The position numbers and the translations under genes are program-made. This document shows positions 1 to 13,921 of a stretch of 64,000 nt of DNA, piece by piece. The notes under the pieces were generated by a model that did no database searches, was not told where the DNA came from, and saw only the letters and a program-made list of their open reading frames with translations. This DNA is from Enoplolaimus lenunculus. Its lineage: Eukaryota. How positions within the stretch are numbered: the first letter of the stretch is position 1; each line of letters starts with the position of its first letter. The DNA lies in NCBI GenBank assembly GCA_030248215.1, contig JASANG010002922.1:1-64000 (forward strand). Reading direction: 5' to 3'.

Positions 1-3000
1 GTGCCAAAAATGTATCGGTTTTGGCTTTTGCAATGGCATATGCTTAGGTTTAGTTTTTTAAGCTCAGGCCCAGGATTAGACTTAGACATAAAGAAGTGTT
101 TGCCTGAGCCTAAGCTTCAATGTGGTAAGAATACCATTTACCGGCAACGTCAGAAAACCTGACAAAAATCAATGCGTCGTCCGCTTGCTTCGGACAGTGA
201 ACGTGAACGTTGGTGACCGAACCAAACGAAGAACATTCTTCGCGAATTTCATCAACAACGGAATGATCCACTTCGTTTGGTGTCACCATATTCCTCAACA
301 CGACCAGGCGACTCTGAGGCGCTAGCGGTCTTGTAGGCTGCAACAAATGACCAATGTATATTACAAATGATTTCAACGATAGTCCATGTTAACATAGGGT
401 CTACCTACTAATCCTAATCCTAAACCTAACTCTAATCCTAAATATAAACCTTGAACTAAACCCGAGCTTAAGCTTCCTAGGCGTTAATACCCTTGTCCAT
501 CTGTCGGTCAATGGGCAGACCCCGCTAAAACACGGGTTACGACGAGGAGAGTACGGCCGTGAAATTAAAAAAATTACAATAAATACCAGTAACCTACAAT
601 GACAGACAAATGCGATCAAGCAATAAGCAACAACGACTTTAATTAATTCCATCGGTGACTAACGACTAAAACAGTGTTGGTGCAAGTGGTCTTGCGCACT
701 GCTGTGGGCGCAATCAACAGGTCAAAAATTCTGTATTATGATACTGCAATTTTAGATATACATAAAACAAAAATTAAACCCTAGCATCAAACAAGTTCTA
801 CTCAAATTACTGTAAGAAATAAGCAATCGTATTCCATTGCGCCTCGCTGATTAGCTTATCAGCGGCTGTAACTATAACCTAAAATCGTGCTCTCTAATAT
901 GCGTAGCACTTATTGTCAGCTTGCAAATATTATGTAAAATGTGAAAGATGGCAATTGCAAAACCAAAAATTTGCATAACTTCCACTTACTTGACTTGTGA
1001 AGCTAAATTTCGGAGGCGCAAGTGATGTCCCATTAGACTGACCTAAAACACTATGTACAACGCTGGAAATCAGCTCATAAAATTCAAACTGCGATACCGT
1101 ATGGTGCCGGACGGCGCTGCACGATTACGGACGGCCACCGCACAGCAAGTATAGCGCCGCCCTTACAGTTCAGAAATTGTTTTTACACAGATTACTAGCT
1201 CACACTATCTCTTGAAATCGTTTTACTCTTTTAACGACGCACTGCCATATTTTTTATAAAAGTTTTAATTCCCACCTACATAGGCTGTATCCCACATTGT
1301 AATGCAAGCTCCAGGTCCCACCCCCACTTCGCCATGCGATCTTTCAGCCAATTACCTGAAGCAATCGGAGGTGGCTCCAAAGATAAGGGAGATCCTGATG
1401 CAACACTGGAGACAGCCATATCCGATTGTAGCTGCGCTGCTGAAGGAGAATTGCTACTTTGAGAAACAGGCATTGAACCTCCTACGATTTCTCCTGATTC
1501 TAAAAATAAACACCACAGCGAATACAGTGTTAAAATTCTGGCTTATTGTAGGAATTTCAAAAAAGTAACCTGTAAATCATCGTGGAAGTAAATTAGAAAA
1601 TTGTGAACGATTACGTACACAAAATGTTAAATTGTCTGTTGCTTTGTACACTAAGAAACCATATTTATAGAGGATAAACTTAAATTTCTAAATTTCGGCA
1701 CATTTGTCTAAGCCTATTCCTTAGCGTAAACCTAATTCAACAAACTATTTTCGGGCGCGTCCGAAATGCTGATTTCAACTAACGAAAATAACAGCATATA
1801 AGCAAGCATTCAATTATATTCGTCGTATGCTAACGATGACAAAGTAATGTGCCGTTCACAATATAAATTTCAGCCGTACCAAAAACATATTTTATCATAA
1901 GGTAGGTTCATACGTGAGAAAACAGAAATAAATAGAACTGAATCTCGCACAGAAGCGGCGCGGCTTTAATTTTTAGTTTACTACACTTTGGTTTGCATTA
2001 AACTCTTATAAAAATATTGCAAGAGCTGTAGCTCCATTCATTCAGAAATTTAGCAGTTAAACATTTAAAAACAAATGCATCAATACAAATTGGATTTAAA
2101 ATTCATTATAAAACAACACAATGCCAAAACCTACTGACAAATTGCGTAAATCCTAGCGCAGCGCTCGATCCGTTCAGACCTGGTTTGAGACCTTGAGTTG
2201 GAATCTTTGCCTAAAAGTATCATTCAACAAAAAACGCTAGCAATTTTAAGAAGGATACATAGGTATTCACAAAAGTGGTTGCCAGATGGCCAATAAATTC
2301 TAGGTAACATCCAGGGTGGCACTAAAAGTTCGAATTTGGTTACACAATCGGAAAAATTGAAAGTTCCGATTCGGATTCGCCTCAACAAAAGTCAAAACCA
2401 GCAACGTTCAGAAATCCATGTATGTATTCTTTTAATTGAGTAAATTGATATAAAACTCCAAGGGTCCCATTCTGGCACTCCAAATCTGTACGATATTGTT
2501 CGTCCGTCCTAAATCTACGTATATACAGCTTTACAATAATTACACATTCCAAGTCTGTTTGATCTAATAAGTTTTGTCCTACTACGTAAGCAGTCTCAAA
2601 CTTGGTACAAAATAAATTGCTTACAATTACAACACATGCCACATTGTACGCTACCAATCTATTTAACTTGAAAACAACTAGTCAGATAATCTCTGAATAT
2701 AAATACAAACATAAAACATTAAAATAAGGGCTTGACTGGTAGTTTCGGTTCCGCTTTTAGAATTTTAAACCGGAAACTACTTACTTTTCCACTTGGCCCA
2801 GCAGCCATGGTTTGGCTCACAGCTTCGAGTGCTTGAATCTGGGCAGTCGCACGTGCAGCTGCTTCCGCAGCGGCCGTAGGAAGACCGCCAGGCCCAGACG
2901 CTAAGCTTGCGACACGAACTTTGGCTGCGTTGTACTGTAGCGCAGCGTTGCCTGCCATGCCTGGCCGAACAACTGACATATGCGGCGGCGTAACCGCCTG

Positions 3001-5849
3001 GAAAACAACAAAACAGTCATCAGTGAAAACAGGACTCGATTAGGAAACGTGTACTCACCAACATTAGCAAGTATTTTATTTTACCCCAATTGCCGTAAAA
3101 TATTAGTCCATAAAGCTTATCAGAGCTGTAACTTCATATCAAAATAATACAACGTCGTCACAATAATCGCCGGAATGACAAGAGAAAAAAGTCTGCATTC
3201 AGCCCAAAAAGTTTCATAACTGCTTATGCTTTACTATGATTGCAATATAGCACTAACCGAAACTGATAAAAGAGTAAACAACTCCTCGTCCAACACGGAG
3301 TAATTGACCACCCAAATCAAACAGATTCATTGATGATACTGCATCATTCACCGCTTGCTCGCTTTCGTATTCAATATAAGCATATCCCCTAAACCACTAC
3401 ATACATACATAGCTAGTTCCCGCTCGGTATACAACATGCAAATCAAGGCATTTTTTTACTCTCTTGATTAAAAATTCTGAAAAACCATTACAAAGATCCA
3501 CCTATGAAAATTATCTTCTTACTCTTTTGATTAAATTCTGAAAGCTTTAAATATCCAGCCAGATATACCTTAAACACTTACCAATGACCATTTCCGTTTA
3601 GTTTTTTCGGCAACAGGCAAGCAGTAATCGGACCAAAGGCTTCAAAAACACTCCGAACATCTTGTTCTGATAAATCAGGATGAATCGATGAAACGTATAT
3701 GCGATGACAAGCGGATGCTTCTGCGAGAACTTCGTTGATAATGTGTTGCGCTTGCGGCATATTGCTGGGCCTACCGACCTAAATGTTATAATATACAGGA
3801 ATCAACACCATCGTAAACCAGAGCAGTAAACTGTGAACTCTGACATCAGTGAAATCAGAACATTTCAACCGTTTGTATCTTGCATTGCTTGCCCAACGCC
3901 AAGTCGTCAGCTATAATGTTTACATGCCACGAATAGACAGTGGCAGCAAAAAGACAAAAATCTTGTTCGGCAAAATATAACAAACAAGACGTAACGAGTG
4001 AAATAAATTTAAAAAACGAAACAACACAAACTTTACATACCCTTAAAGCCCGACCAGACAACTGAAATCCGTTCATTTGTTGTTCAGCAATCGATGCAGC
4101 TTCAGGCACTTCGTATTCGAGGAACGTGTATCCACGGTGTTGCTAAAATAATAACGAACAAAACGAATGCTTCGTAATTCTCAGTAAATACGTAGAATCC
4201 ACTGGTCAACCGAATAGCTAAGATCGATTCTTGTACGCAACCCCGTCAGAAAATAAGGGTTCCAAAACTCAAGTACAAATTCTGCTCCAACCGTTATGTG
4301 CATTGTACTGCATATCTAAATGGGTAAATCACGTATCACTAGTTATTGATAGACTTTTGCAACAAAAAACAAACTGAGAAAGAAGGAACCAAATCAACAA
4401 ACAATGAAAGAAACTAAAAAGACACAAACAAACAAACAAACAAACATAGATACAAACGAACGAAAAAGCAAAAAAAAACAACGCTGTAAATAAAAAAGAG
4501 AAGCTAGCGTAAGCCAGTGGGTCTTTTCATTCATAAACGTAGCAATCACTGATGATACTATATATTTTGTCTACACTCCATTTAATAAAACCAAAGCGTA
4601 AATATACTTACACCAGTTATTACGTCACGTGACATATTGATAGATTTAATTGGACCGAACGGCGCAAACGCATTTGAAAACATTTCTTCGTCGACGTCAA
4701 AATTAATGCTTCCAATATACAAACTGAAATCACGCCAAAAACAATGAAAACAACTATACATGCGGTCTATTTTTTCTCGTTCGAGACTAAAATTTGCAAA
4801 CCAACAACAACAGCCAGGAGTATTGTTTATAGAACATAATTCATTCGCTGAATCATTGCTTTCGTTCAACGATCACAATCTTGCTCTGTCTCTAGTAGCA
4901 ACAATATTTTAGCAAGGTAATTAAATACAAAAAAATTTCCAATTCGAATAAACAGAAAAATTACAACAGCTACAGAACTCACGTGCACATCAAAGTCATC
5001 GCTTGTTGCCGCTGTATAGTTTGCCGAAGCATCGCAAGTTGCTGAAAACACAACATCTCAAATCAAATATTAACAGTTTTCTCCATAAATATCTTCTGTT
5101 TTAACAGACACCTGTTCTAAAACTAGGAATCAAACAAACGTCTCGCGGGTGAGTGGCGTTAGCCATTACCATATTATTTTGTTTAAACCGCTAACGTCCA
5201 AAAACTTTACCAGGTCCGAAAAAGAGAAAAAACTACTTCTGGTCCTGAGTTTTCGAATACGCCCCCTATTTCTCTTCCCTAAACTACCGTCTTCTCTATC
5301 ATACGTACCTGTTTTGCTGCTGCACCCGTTCTTCAACATAACATGCTCAATACTGCGTTAATTGCAAAATCGCGAGCGCGTTCGACAAATTTTTCCCGCG
5401 TCGAGTTAATGCTGGCATTCCTATCCCTGCCACGCGGCTTCACCGCTCGCCAGGCCAACATAGCACGTCCACGTTGGTCCAAGCATGGCATGCTGTGTTA
5501 AATAAACGAGTACAATATTCATATAAAATTTAAAACTGTTATCGTTTTTACCAGTGTTACCGATTCCGGAGCGGATGTTGAAGTGCATAACAACTTAATC
5601 GCCCTAATTTTGCACTACAATATTCGCAGCGAAGAATCGTGACTTTGGTCATGAAATACGGTATAGCGTAGTTGTTATACTTTTCAGCAATAAATATCCG
5701 GCAAACAATGTGGAATACCGGAACCATAACCGGATGTCGATATTTTCCCGGAGCCAAATATCCGGTTGCATCCTAATCTATACGAAATCCGCCTCAGCGA
5801 CTAACTTCAAAAAAGTGAAACCAACAGTGCATTTACGACAACTACCGTG
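1..5849. repeat. Left arm of a ~5.85 kb inverted duplication (mirror of 6923-12779)
   Basis: Window start GTGCCAAAAATGTATCGG is the reverse complement of the sequence ending at 12779. Inner end ...CAACTACCGTG (5849) mirrors CACGGTAGTTG (6923). ORFs in the track occur as mirrored identical pairs (e.g. 2719-2979 and 9814-10074). Confidence 0.98.
142..5491 (-). pseudogene. PUF60: Inverted, frameshifted copy of the PUF60-like gene (real pseudogene or sequencing-error copy); last exon not in window
   Basis: Same exons as the + copy. About 9 single-base deletions in the first coding exon (~5309-5491), and the donor after the RRM2 exon reads GACGA-GGAGT instead of GACGA-GTGAGT (~3281-3290). Confidence 0.7.
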
Positions 5850-6922
5850 GAACTGATTGATTTACTTTTACATGTTTTTCCCGTCATACAAGTAAAATGT
5901 GAATGTTTGCATGTGCCCGTGTATGTTCCCAATCTTCATTGGGTTACAGTACCGCTAGAAAATATGATAAAGATGACCGGTGTTATTCTAGTGGCGTAAC
6001 AGTATATCCCTATTATTCCTAAGGCTAAGTCAGAACTTCGGCATAAAAATAAGTCTATAACTAAGCCTAAGTTTTAGCACAAAGAATAGCCTTAATCCTA
6101 CCAACCCACCCCTGTTTTATAGTACCTAAAGAAAACTGGACGCCCTTAAAAGTAAACATGGGCCAAACAAATACAGTCACGGACAGAATTAGTGTGCAGA
6201 GACCGCAAATGCGTCCACTGCCGTTGCGAGTCCGGTTTTAGCCGCTTCTAGTTTCTTAGTGATCTGCTAAACAAACGCGGTTTAGACGCGATCGTAGGCG
6301 TGATTATAATTGCGCTGGCAGTCACGGTTCGAATCGCGTCTGTAACCGCAATTTTAATAGCGTCTATAACCGTGATACTGCGTGCGCAACCGCCGGTTTT
6401 TGCATCTTTACGGTTGCGAGTGATCGCGATCGCGTATCAAGTGATCGCTAGTCAAACCGCGTTTGGTTCGCGATGCGGTTGCGCTTAGCTATGACTGTAT
6501 CTAGTACGTGTTGCAACTGAACGCAACGTTACATACACATATTTGTTCAAGTGTTAAAAATGCATCGGCGTGAGACGTTAAGGTTTGTCACTTAAACGCT
6601 TTGAATGTCTTAGGCCATTTAAGCAAGAATTGCTAGCTACGTTCTGATATTTGAAACTAATGTAGTATTAGATTTGAATTACTTATCCGGCTCCAGTTGG
6701 ATGTTACATTATCCGTTTCGGCAATATGTTAGATTATCTCGGCTGCGGCATTTTTTGGTATCTTATCGAACCCTGATTCCAACCTATATGGAGTAAAAAA
6801 TGTTTCAACACTACAAATGCACTCTTATGGTTCAAATTATATAGCTTTCTAAATAATACTGCTGGTATCGTAACGGAAATATCCATAAAAATACACTATG
6901 CCACTACAAAACAAAAAAAAAA

Positions 6923-9900
6923 CACGGTAGTTGTCGTAAATGCACTGTTGGTTTCACTTTTTTGAAGTTAGTCGCTGAGGCGGATTTCGTATAGATTAGG
7001 ATGCAACCGGATATTTGGCTCCGGGAAAATATCGACATCCGGTTATGGTTCCGGTATTCCACATTGTTTGCCGGATATTTATTGCTGAAAAGTATAACAA
7101 CTACGCTATACCGTATTTCATGACCAAAGTCACGATTCTTCGCTGCGAATATTGTAGTGCAAAATTAGGGCGATTAAGTTGTTATGCACTTCAACATCCG
7201 CTCCGGAATTCGGTCGAACACTGGTAAAAATCGATAATCAGTTTTAAATTTTATATGAATATTGTACTCGATTTATTTAACACAGCATGCCATGCTTGGA
7301 CCAACGTGGACGTGTCTATGTTGGCCCTGGCGCAGTCGGTGAAGCCGCGTGGCGAGGGATAGGAATGCCAGCATTAACTCGACGCGCGGAAAAATTTGTC
7401 GAACGCGCTCGCGATTTTGCAATTCAACGCAGTATTGAGCATGTTATGTTGAAGCAACGGGTGCAGCAGCAACAACAGGTACGTATGATAGAGAAGACGG
7501 TAGTTTTAGGGAAGAGATAATAGGGGGCGTATTCGAAAACTCAGGACCAGAAGTAGTTTTTTCTCTTTTTCGGACCTGGTAAAGTTTTTGGACGTTAGCG
7601 GTTTAAACAAAATAATATGGTAATGGCTAACGCCACTCACCCGCGAGACGTTTGTTTGATTCCTAGTTTTAGAACAGGTGTCTGTTAAAACAGAAGATAT
7701 TTATGGAGAAAACTGTTAATATTTGATTTGAGATGTTGTGTTTTCAGCAACTTGCGATGCTTCGGCAAACTATACAGCGGCAACAAGCGATGACTTTGAT
7801 GTGCACGTGAGTTCTGTAGCTGTTGTAATTTTTCTGTTTATTCGAATTGGAAATTTTTTTGTATTTAATTACCTTGCTAAAATATTGTTGCTACTAGAGA
7901 CAGAGCAAGATTGTGATCGTTGAACGAAAGCAATGATTCAGCGAATGAATTATGTTCTATAAACAATACTCCTGGCTGTTGTTGTTGGTTTGCAAATTTT
8001 AGTCTCGAACGAGAAAAAATAGACCGCATGTATAGTTGTTTTCATTGTTTTTGGCGTGATTTCAGTTTGTATATTGGAAGCATTAATTTTGACGTCGACG
8101 AAGAAATGTTTTCAAATGCGTTTGCGCCGTTCGGTCCAATTAAATCTATCAATATGTCACGTGACGTAATAACTGGTGTAAGTATATTTACGCTTTGGTT
8201 TTATTAAATGGAATGTAGACAAAATATATAGTATCATCAGTGATTGCTACGTTTATGAATGAAAAGACCCACTGGGTTACGCTAGCTTCTCTTTTTTATT
8301 TACAGCGTTGTTTTTTTTTGCTTTTTTGTTCGTTTGTATCTATGTTTGTTTGTTTGTTTGTTTGTGTCTTTTTAGTTTCTTTCATTGTTTGTTGATTTGG
8401 TTCCTTCTTTCTCAGTTTGTTTTTTGTTGCAAAAGTCTATCAATAACTAGTGGTACGTGATTTACCCATTTAGATATGCAGTACAATGCACATAACGGTT
8501 GGAGCAGAATTTGTACTTGAGTTTTGGAACCCTTATTTTCTGACGGGGTTGCGTACAAGAATCGATCTTAGCTATTCGGTTGACCAGTGGATTCTACGTA
8601 TTTACTGAGAATTACGAAGCATTCGTTTTGTTCGTTATTATTTTAGCAACACCGTGGATACACGTTCCTCGAATACGAAGTGCCTGAAGCTGCATCGATT
8701 GCTGAACAACAAATGAACGGATTTCAGTTGTCTGGTCGGGCTTTAAGGGTATGTAAATTTTGTGTTGTTTCGTTTTTTAAATTTATTTCACTCGTTACGT
8801 CTTGTTTGTTATATTTTGCCGAACAAGATTTTTGTCTTTTTGCTGCCACTGTCTATTCGTGGCATGTAAACATTATAGCTGACGACTTGGCGTTGGGCAA
8901 GCAATGCAAGATACAAACGGTTGAAATGTTCTGATTTCACTGATGTCAGAGTTCACAGTTTACTGCTCTGGTTTACGATGGTGTTGATTCCTGTATATTA
9001 TAACATTTAGGTCGGTAGGCCCAGCAATATGCCGCAAGCGCAACACATTATCAACGAAGTTCTCGCAGAAGCATCCGCTTGTCATCGCATATACGTTTCA
9101 TCGATTCATCCTGATTTATCAGAACAAGATGTTCGGAGTGTTTTTGAAGCCTTTGGTCCGATTACTGCTTGCCTGTTGCCGAAAAAACTAAACGGAAATG
9201 GTCATTGGTAAGTGTTTAAGGTATATCTGGCTGGATATTTAAAGCTTTCAGAATTTAATCAAAAGAGTAAGAAGATAATTTTCATAGGTGGATCTTTGTA
9301 ATGGTTTTTCAGAATTTTTAATCAAGAGAGTAAAAAAATGCCTTGATTTGCATGTTGTATACCGCAGCGGGTAACTAGCTATGTATGTATGTAGTGGTTT
9401 AGGGGATATGCTTATATTGAATACGAAAGCGAGCAAGCGGTGAATGATGCAGTATCATCAATGAATCTGTTTGATTTGGGTGGTCAATTACTCCGTGTTG
9501 GACGAGTGAGTTGTTTACTCTTTTATCAGTTTCGGTTAGTGCTATATTGCAATCATAGTAAAGCATAAGCAGTTATGAAACTTTTTGGGCTGAATGCAGA
9601 CTTTTTTCTCTTGTCATTCCGGCGATTATTGTGACGACGTTGTATTATTTTGATATGAAGTTACAGCTCTGATAAGCTTTATGGACTAATATTTTACGGC
9701 AATTGGGGTAAAATAAAATACTTGCTAATGTTGGTGAGTACACGTTTCCTAATCGATGTCCTGTTTTCACTGATGACTGTTTTGTTGTTTTCCAGGCGGT
9801 TACGCCGCCGCATATGTCAGTTGTTCGGCCAGGCATGGCAGGCAACGCTGCGCTACAGTACAACGCAGCCAAAGTTCGTGTCGCAAGCTTAGCGTCTGGG

Positions 9901-12779
9901 CCTGGCGGTCTTCCTACGGCCGCTGCGGAAGCAGCTGCACGTGCGACTGCCCAGATTCAAGCACTCGAAGCTGTGAGCCAAACCATGGCTGCTGGGCCAA
10001 GTGGAAAAGTAAGTAGTTTCCGGTTTAAAATTCTAAAAGCGGAACCGAAACTACCAGTCAAGCCCTTATTTTAATGTTTTATGTTTGTATTTATATTCAG
10101 AGATTATCTGACTAGTTGTTTTCAAGTTAAATAGATTGGTAGCGTACAATGTGGCATGTGTTGTAATTGTAAGCAATTTATTTTGTACCAAGTTTGAGAC
10201 TGCTTACGTAGTAGGACAAAACTTATTAGATCAAACAGACTTGGAATGTGTAATTATTGTAAAGCTGTATATACGTAGATTTAGGACGGACGAACAATAT
10301 CGTACAGATTTGGAGTGCCAGAATGGGACCCTTGGAGTTTTATATCAATTTACTCAATTAAAAGAATACATACATGGATTTCTGAACGTTGCTGGTTTTG
10401 ACTTTTGTTGAGGCGAATCCGAATCGGAACTTTCAATTTTTCCGATTGTGTAACCAAATTCGAACTTTTAGTGCCACCCTGGATGTTACCTAGAATTTAT
10501 TGGCCATCTGGCAACCACTTTTGTGAATACCTATGTATCCTTCTTAAAATTGCTAGCGTTTTTTGTTGAATGATACTTTTAGGCAAAGATTCCAACTCAA
10601 GGTCTCAAACCAGGTCTGAACGGATCGAGCGCTGCGCTAGGATTTACGCAATTTGTCAGTAGGTTTTGGCATTGTGTTGTTTTATAATGAATTTTAAATC
10701 CAATTTGTATTGATGCATTTGTTTTTAAATGTTTAACTGCTAAATTTCTGAATGAATGGAGCTACAGCTCTTGCAATATTTTTATAAGAGTTTAATGCAA
10801 ACCAAAGTGTAGTAAACTAAAAATTAAAGCCGCGCCGCTTCTGTGCGAGATTCAGTTCTATTTATTTCTGTTTTCTCACGTATGAACCTACCTTATGATA
10901 AAATATTTTTTGGTATGGCTGAAATTTATATTGTGAACGGCACATTACTTTGTCATCGTTAGCATACGACGAATATAATTGAATGCTTGCTTATATGCTG
11001 TTATTTACATTAGTTGAAATCAGCATTTCGGACGCGCCCGAAAATGGTTTGTTGAATTAGGTTTACGCTAAGGAATAGGCTTAGACAAATGTGCCGAAAT
11101 TTAGAAATTTAAGTTTATCCTCTATAAATATGGTTTATTAGTGTACAAAGCAACAGACAATTTAACATTTTGTGTACGTAATCGTTCACAATTTTCTAAT
11201 TTACTTCCACGATGATTTACAGGTTACTTTTTTGAAATTCCTACAATAAGCCAGAATTTTAACACTGTATTCGCTGTGGTGTTTATTTTTAGAATCAGGA
11301 GAAATCGTAGGAGGTTCAATGCCTGTTTCTCAAAGTAGCAATTCTCCTTCAGCAGCGCAGCTACAATCGGATATGGCTGTCTCCAGTGTTGCATCAGGAT
11401 CTCCCTTATCTTTGGAGCCACCTCCGATTGCTTCAGGTAATTGGCTGAAAGATCGCATGGCGAAGTGGGGGTGGGACCTGGAGCTTGCATTACAATGTGG
11501 GATACAGCCTATGTAGGTGGGAATTAAAACTTTTATAAAAAATATGGCAGTGCGTCGTTAAAAGAGTAAAACGATTTCAAGAGATAGTGTGAGCTAGTAA
11601 TCTGTGTAAAAACAATTTCTGAACTGTAAGGGCGGCGCTATACTTGCTGTGCGGTGGCCGTCCGTAATCGAGCAGCGCCGTCCGGCACCATACGGTATCG
11701 CAGTTTGAATTTTATGAGCTGATTTCCAGCGTTGTACATAGTGTTTTAGGTCAGTCTAATGGGACATCACTTGCGCCTCCGAAATTTAGCTTCACAAGTC
11801 AAGTAAGTGGAAGTTATGCAAATTTTTGGTTTTGCAATTGCCATCTTTCACATTTTACATAATATTTGCAAGCTGACAATAAGTGCTACGCATATTAGAG
11901 AGCACGATTTTAGGTTATAGTTACAGCCGCTGATAAGCTAATCAGCGAGGCGCAATGGAATACGATTGCTTATTTCTTACAGTAATTTGAGTAGAACTTG
12001 TTTGATGCTAGGGTTTAATTTTTGTTTTATGTATATCTAAAATTGCAGTATCATAATACAGAATTTTTGACCTGTTGATTGCGCCCACAGCAGTGCGCAA
12101 GACCACTTGCACCAACACTGTTTTAGTCGTTAGTCACCGATGGAATTAATTAAAGTCGTTGTTGCTTATTGCTTGATCGCATTTGTCTGTCATTGTAGGT
12201 TACTGGTATTTATTGTAATTTTTTTAATTTCACGTCATTACTATCATCGTCGTAACCCGTGTTTTAGCGGGGTCTGCCCATTGACCGACAGATGGACAAG
12301 GGTATTAACGCCTAGGAAGCTTAAGCTCGGGTTTAGTTCAAGGTTTATATTTAGGATTAGAGTTAGGATTAGTAGGTAGACCCTATGTTAACATGGACTA
12401 TCGTTGAAATCATTTGTAATATACATTGGTCATTTGTTGCAGCCTACAAGACCGCTAGCGCCTCAGAGTCGCCTGGTCGTGTTGAGGAATATGGTGACAC
12501 CAAACGAAGTGGATCATTCCGTTGTTGATGAAATTCGCGAAGAATGTTCTTCGTTTGGTTCGGTCACCAACGTTCACGTTCACTGTCCGAAGCAAGCGGA
12601 CGACGCATTGATTTTTGTCAGGTTTTCTGACGTTGCCGGTAAATGGTATTCTTACCACATTGAAGCTTAGGCTCAGGCAAACACTTCTTTATGTCTAAGT
12701 CTAATCCTGGGCCTGAGCTTAAAAAACTAAACCTAAGCATATGCCATTGCAAAAGCCAAAACCGATACATTTTTGGCAC
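6923..12779. repeat. Right arm of the inverted duplication
   Basis: Reverse complement of 1-5849 with scattered SNPs and indels. Confidence 0.98.
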
Positions 12780-13292
12780 TTTTGATAGGTTTTTTCAAGG
12801 AATCGCGCAGTCATTGGCAAAACAAAATATTGCATTTACTTGACCAAATGGCCTTTTGGAAAATTCCCAATGTAAAAATCAGGTGCCAAAAATTTCAAAC
12901 TTTCCACTAAATTTTTTGCATTTTTAGTAAATTTTGACCTAATTTTGCTACTTCATAAGTTAGAAGTGGTGTTACCTGGTGATTTTGCCTTTCTGTTTTT
13001 ACAAGACTATAATTCCAAACCAGGTGGGATTTTAGCTGAGCGCTGTACATAGCGAGCGGTCAACAAGCCAACAATCGCGTTTATAGTCTCGGTTTGGAAC
13101 GCGATCGCAATTTGCACTTAATCTGTTCTTGACTGTAAGCAAGTAAATAATACAGAACCGTAAGCTCATGCGTGTTGCATTTCAGAAGCTGAAAACGCTA
13201 TGAAATCACTGAATGGACGGTATTTTGACGGAAAAGCGATTGATGCGCAACCGTATTGTGAAAGTAAATTTGATCAAGGTATATATCAATGA
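7287..13292 (+). CDS. PUF60: Poly(U)-binding splicing factor PUF60/half pint/RNP-6-like (RRM1, RRM2, UHM). Exons ~7286-7478, 7748-7806, 8066-8177, 8647-8748, 9011-9207, 9403-9505, 9796-10008, 10583-10658, 11293-11436, 11750-11802, 12443-12638, 13186-13292; a further upstream exon is possible
   Basis: GT-AG exons join in frame. Motifs [105 protein letters not shown] and LNGRYFDG match PUF60. Confidence 0.93.
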
Positions 13293-13921
13293 ATCAATGT
13301 TCTCACTTGTATCTTGCTTATGAATGGACAAAAATGTGGCTAAAATGGCATATGATATTCAATTCACATGGCGGGATGAACGCTAGCGGTCAAAGCGTAA
13401 TGGGATATGTGGTTTCGCAAAAAAGGTCGTTTGTTTTGGTGTTTGGTATTAATAAGCGGTGTTCGTGTTGTCATGAAAAAATTGAAAATTACGTTATTTT
13501 ATGGCCATAGTTGACGGTGAATAACGTATGAAACAAAATACAGATTGAAGAGATCAAAAGTATCATCGTGTAGCAGGTTGCAAGTTCAGGTGGCAAAATA
13601 CCGCAGTCGAAGGTCATCAAACTTAATGGAGCCAGATTCAAATGTGAAGACGGAGGTGGATAGTTAACAACTTCTGGCAGAAAGTCCACCGGAGCCGGAT
13701 GTAGACCGTTGGTTGTACCTTGTCATGTAGATAGTACACACATTAAATTTGTAAATTAAGATTACAGTTTTTAATACATGACTGATTATATAAAATGACA
13801 TAGAATTTACAGTTTTTAATACATGACTGATTATAAAAATGACATAGCTATTATATTATAAGACATTGTTTTGTTCGTGTTGGATTTTATCATGTCAATA
13901 AATGATTGGGTAGTATGTTTG

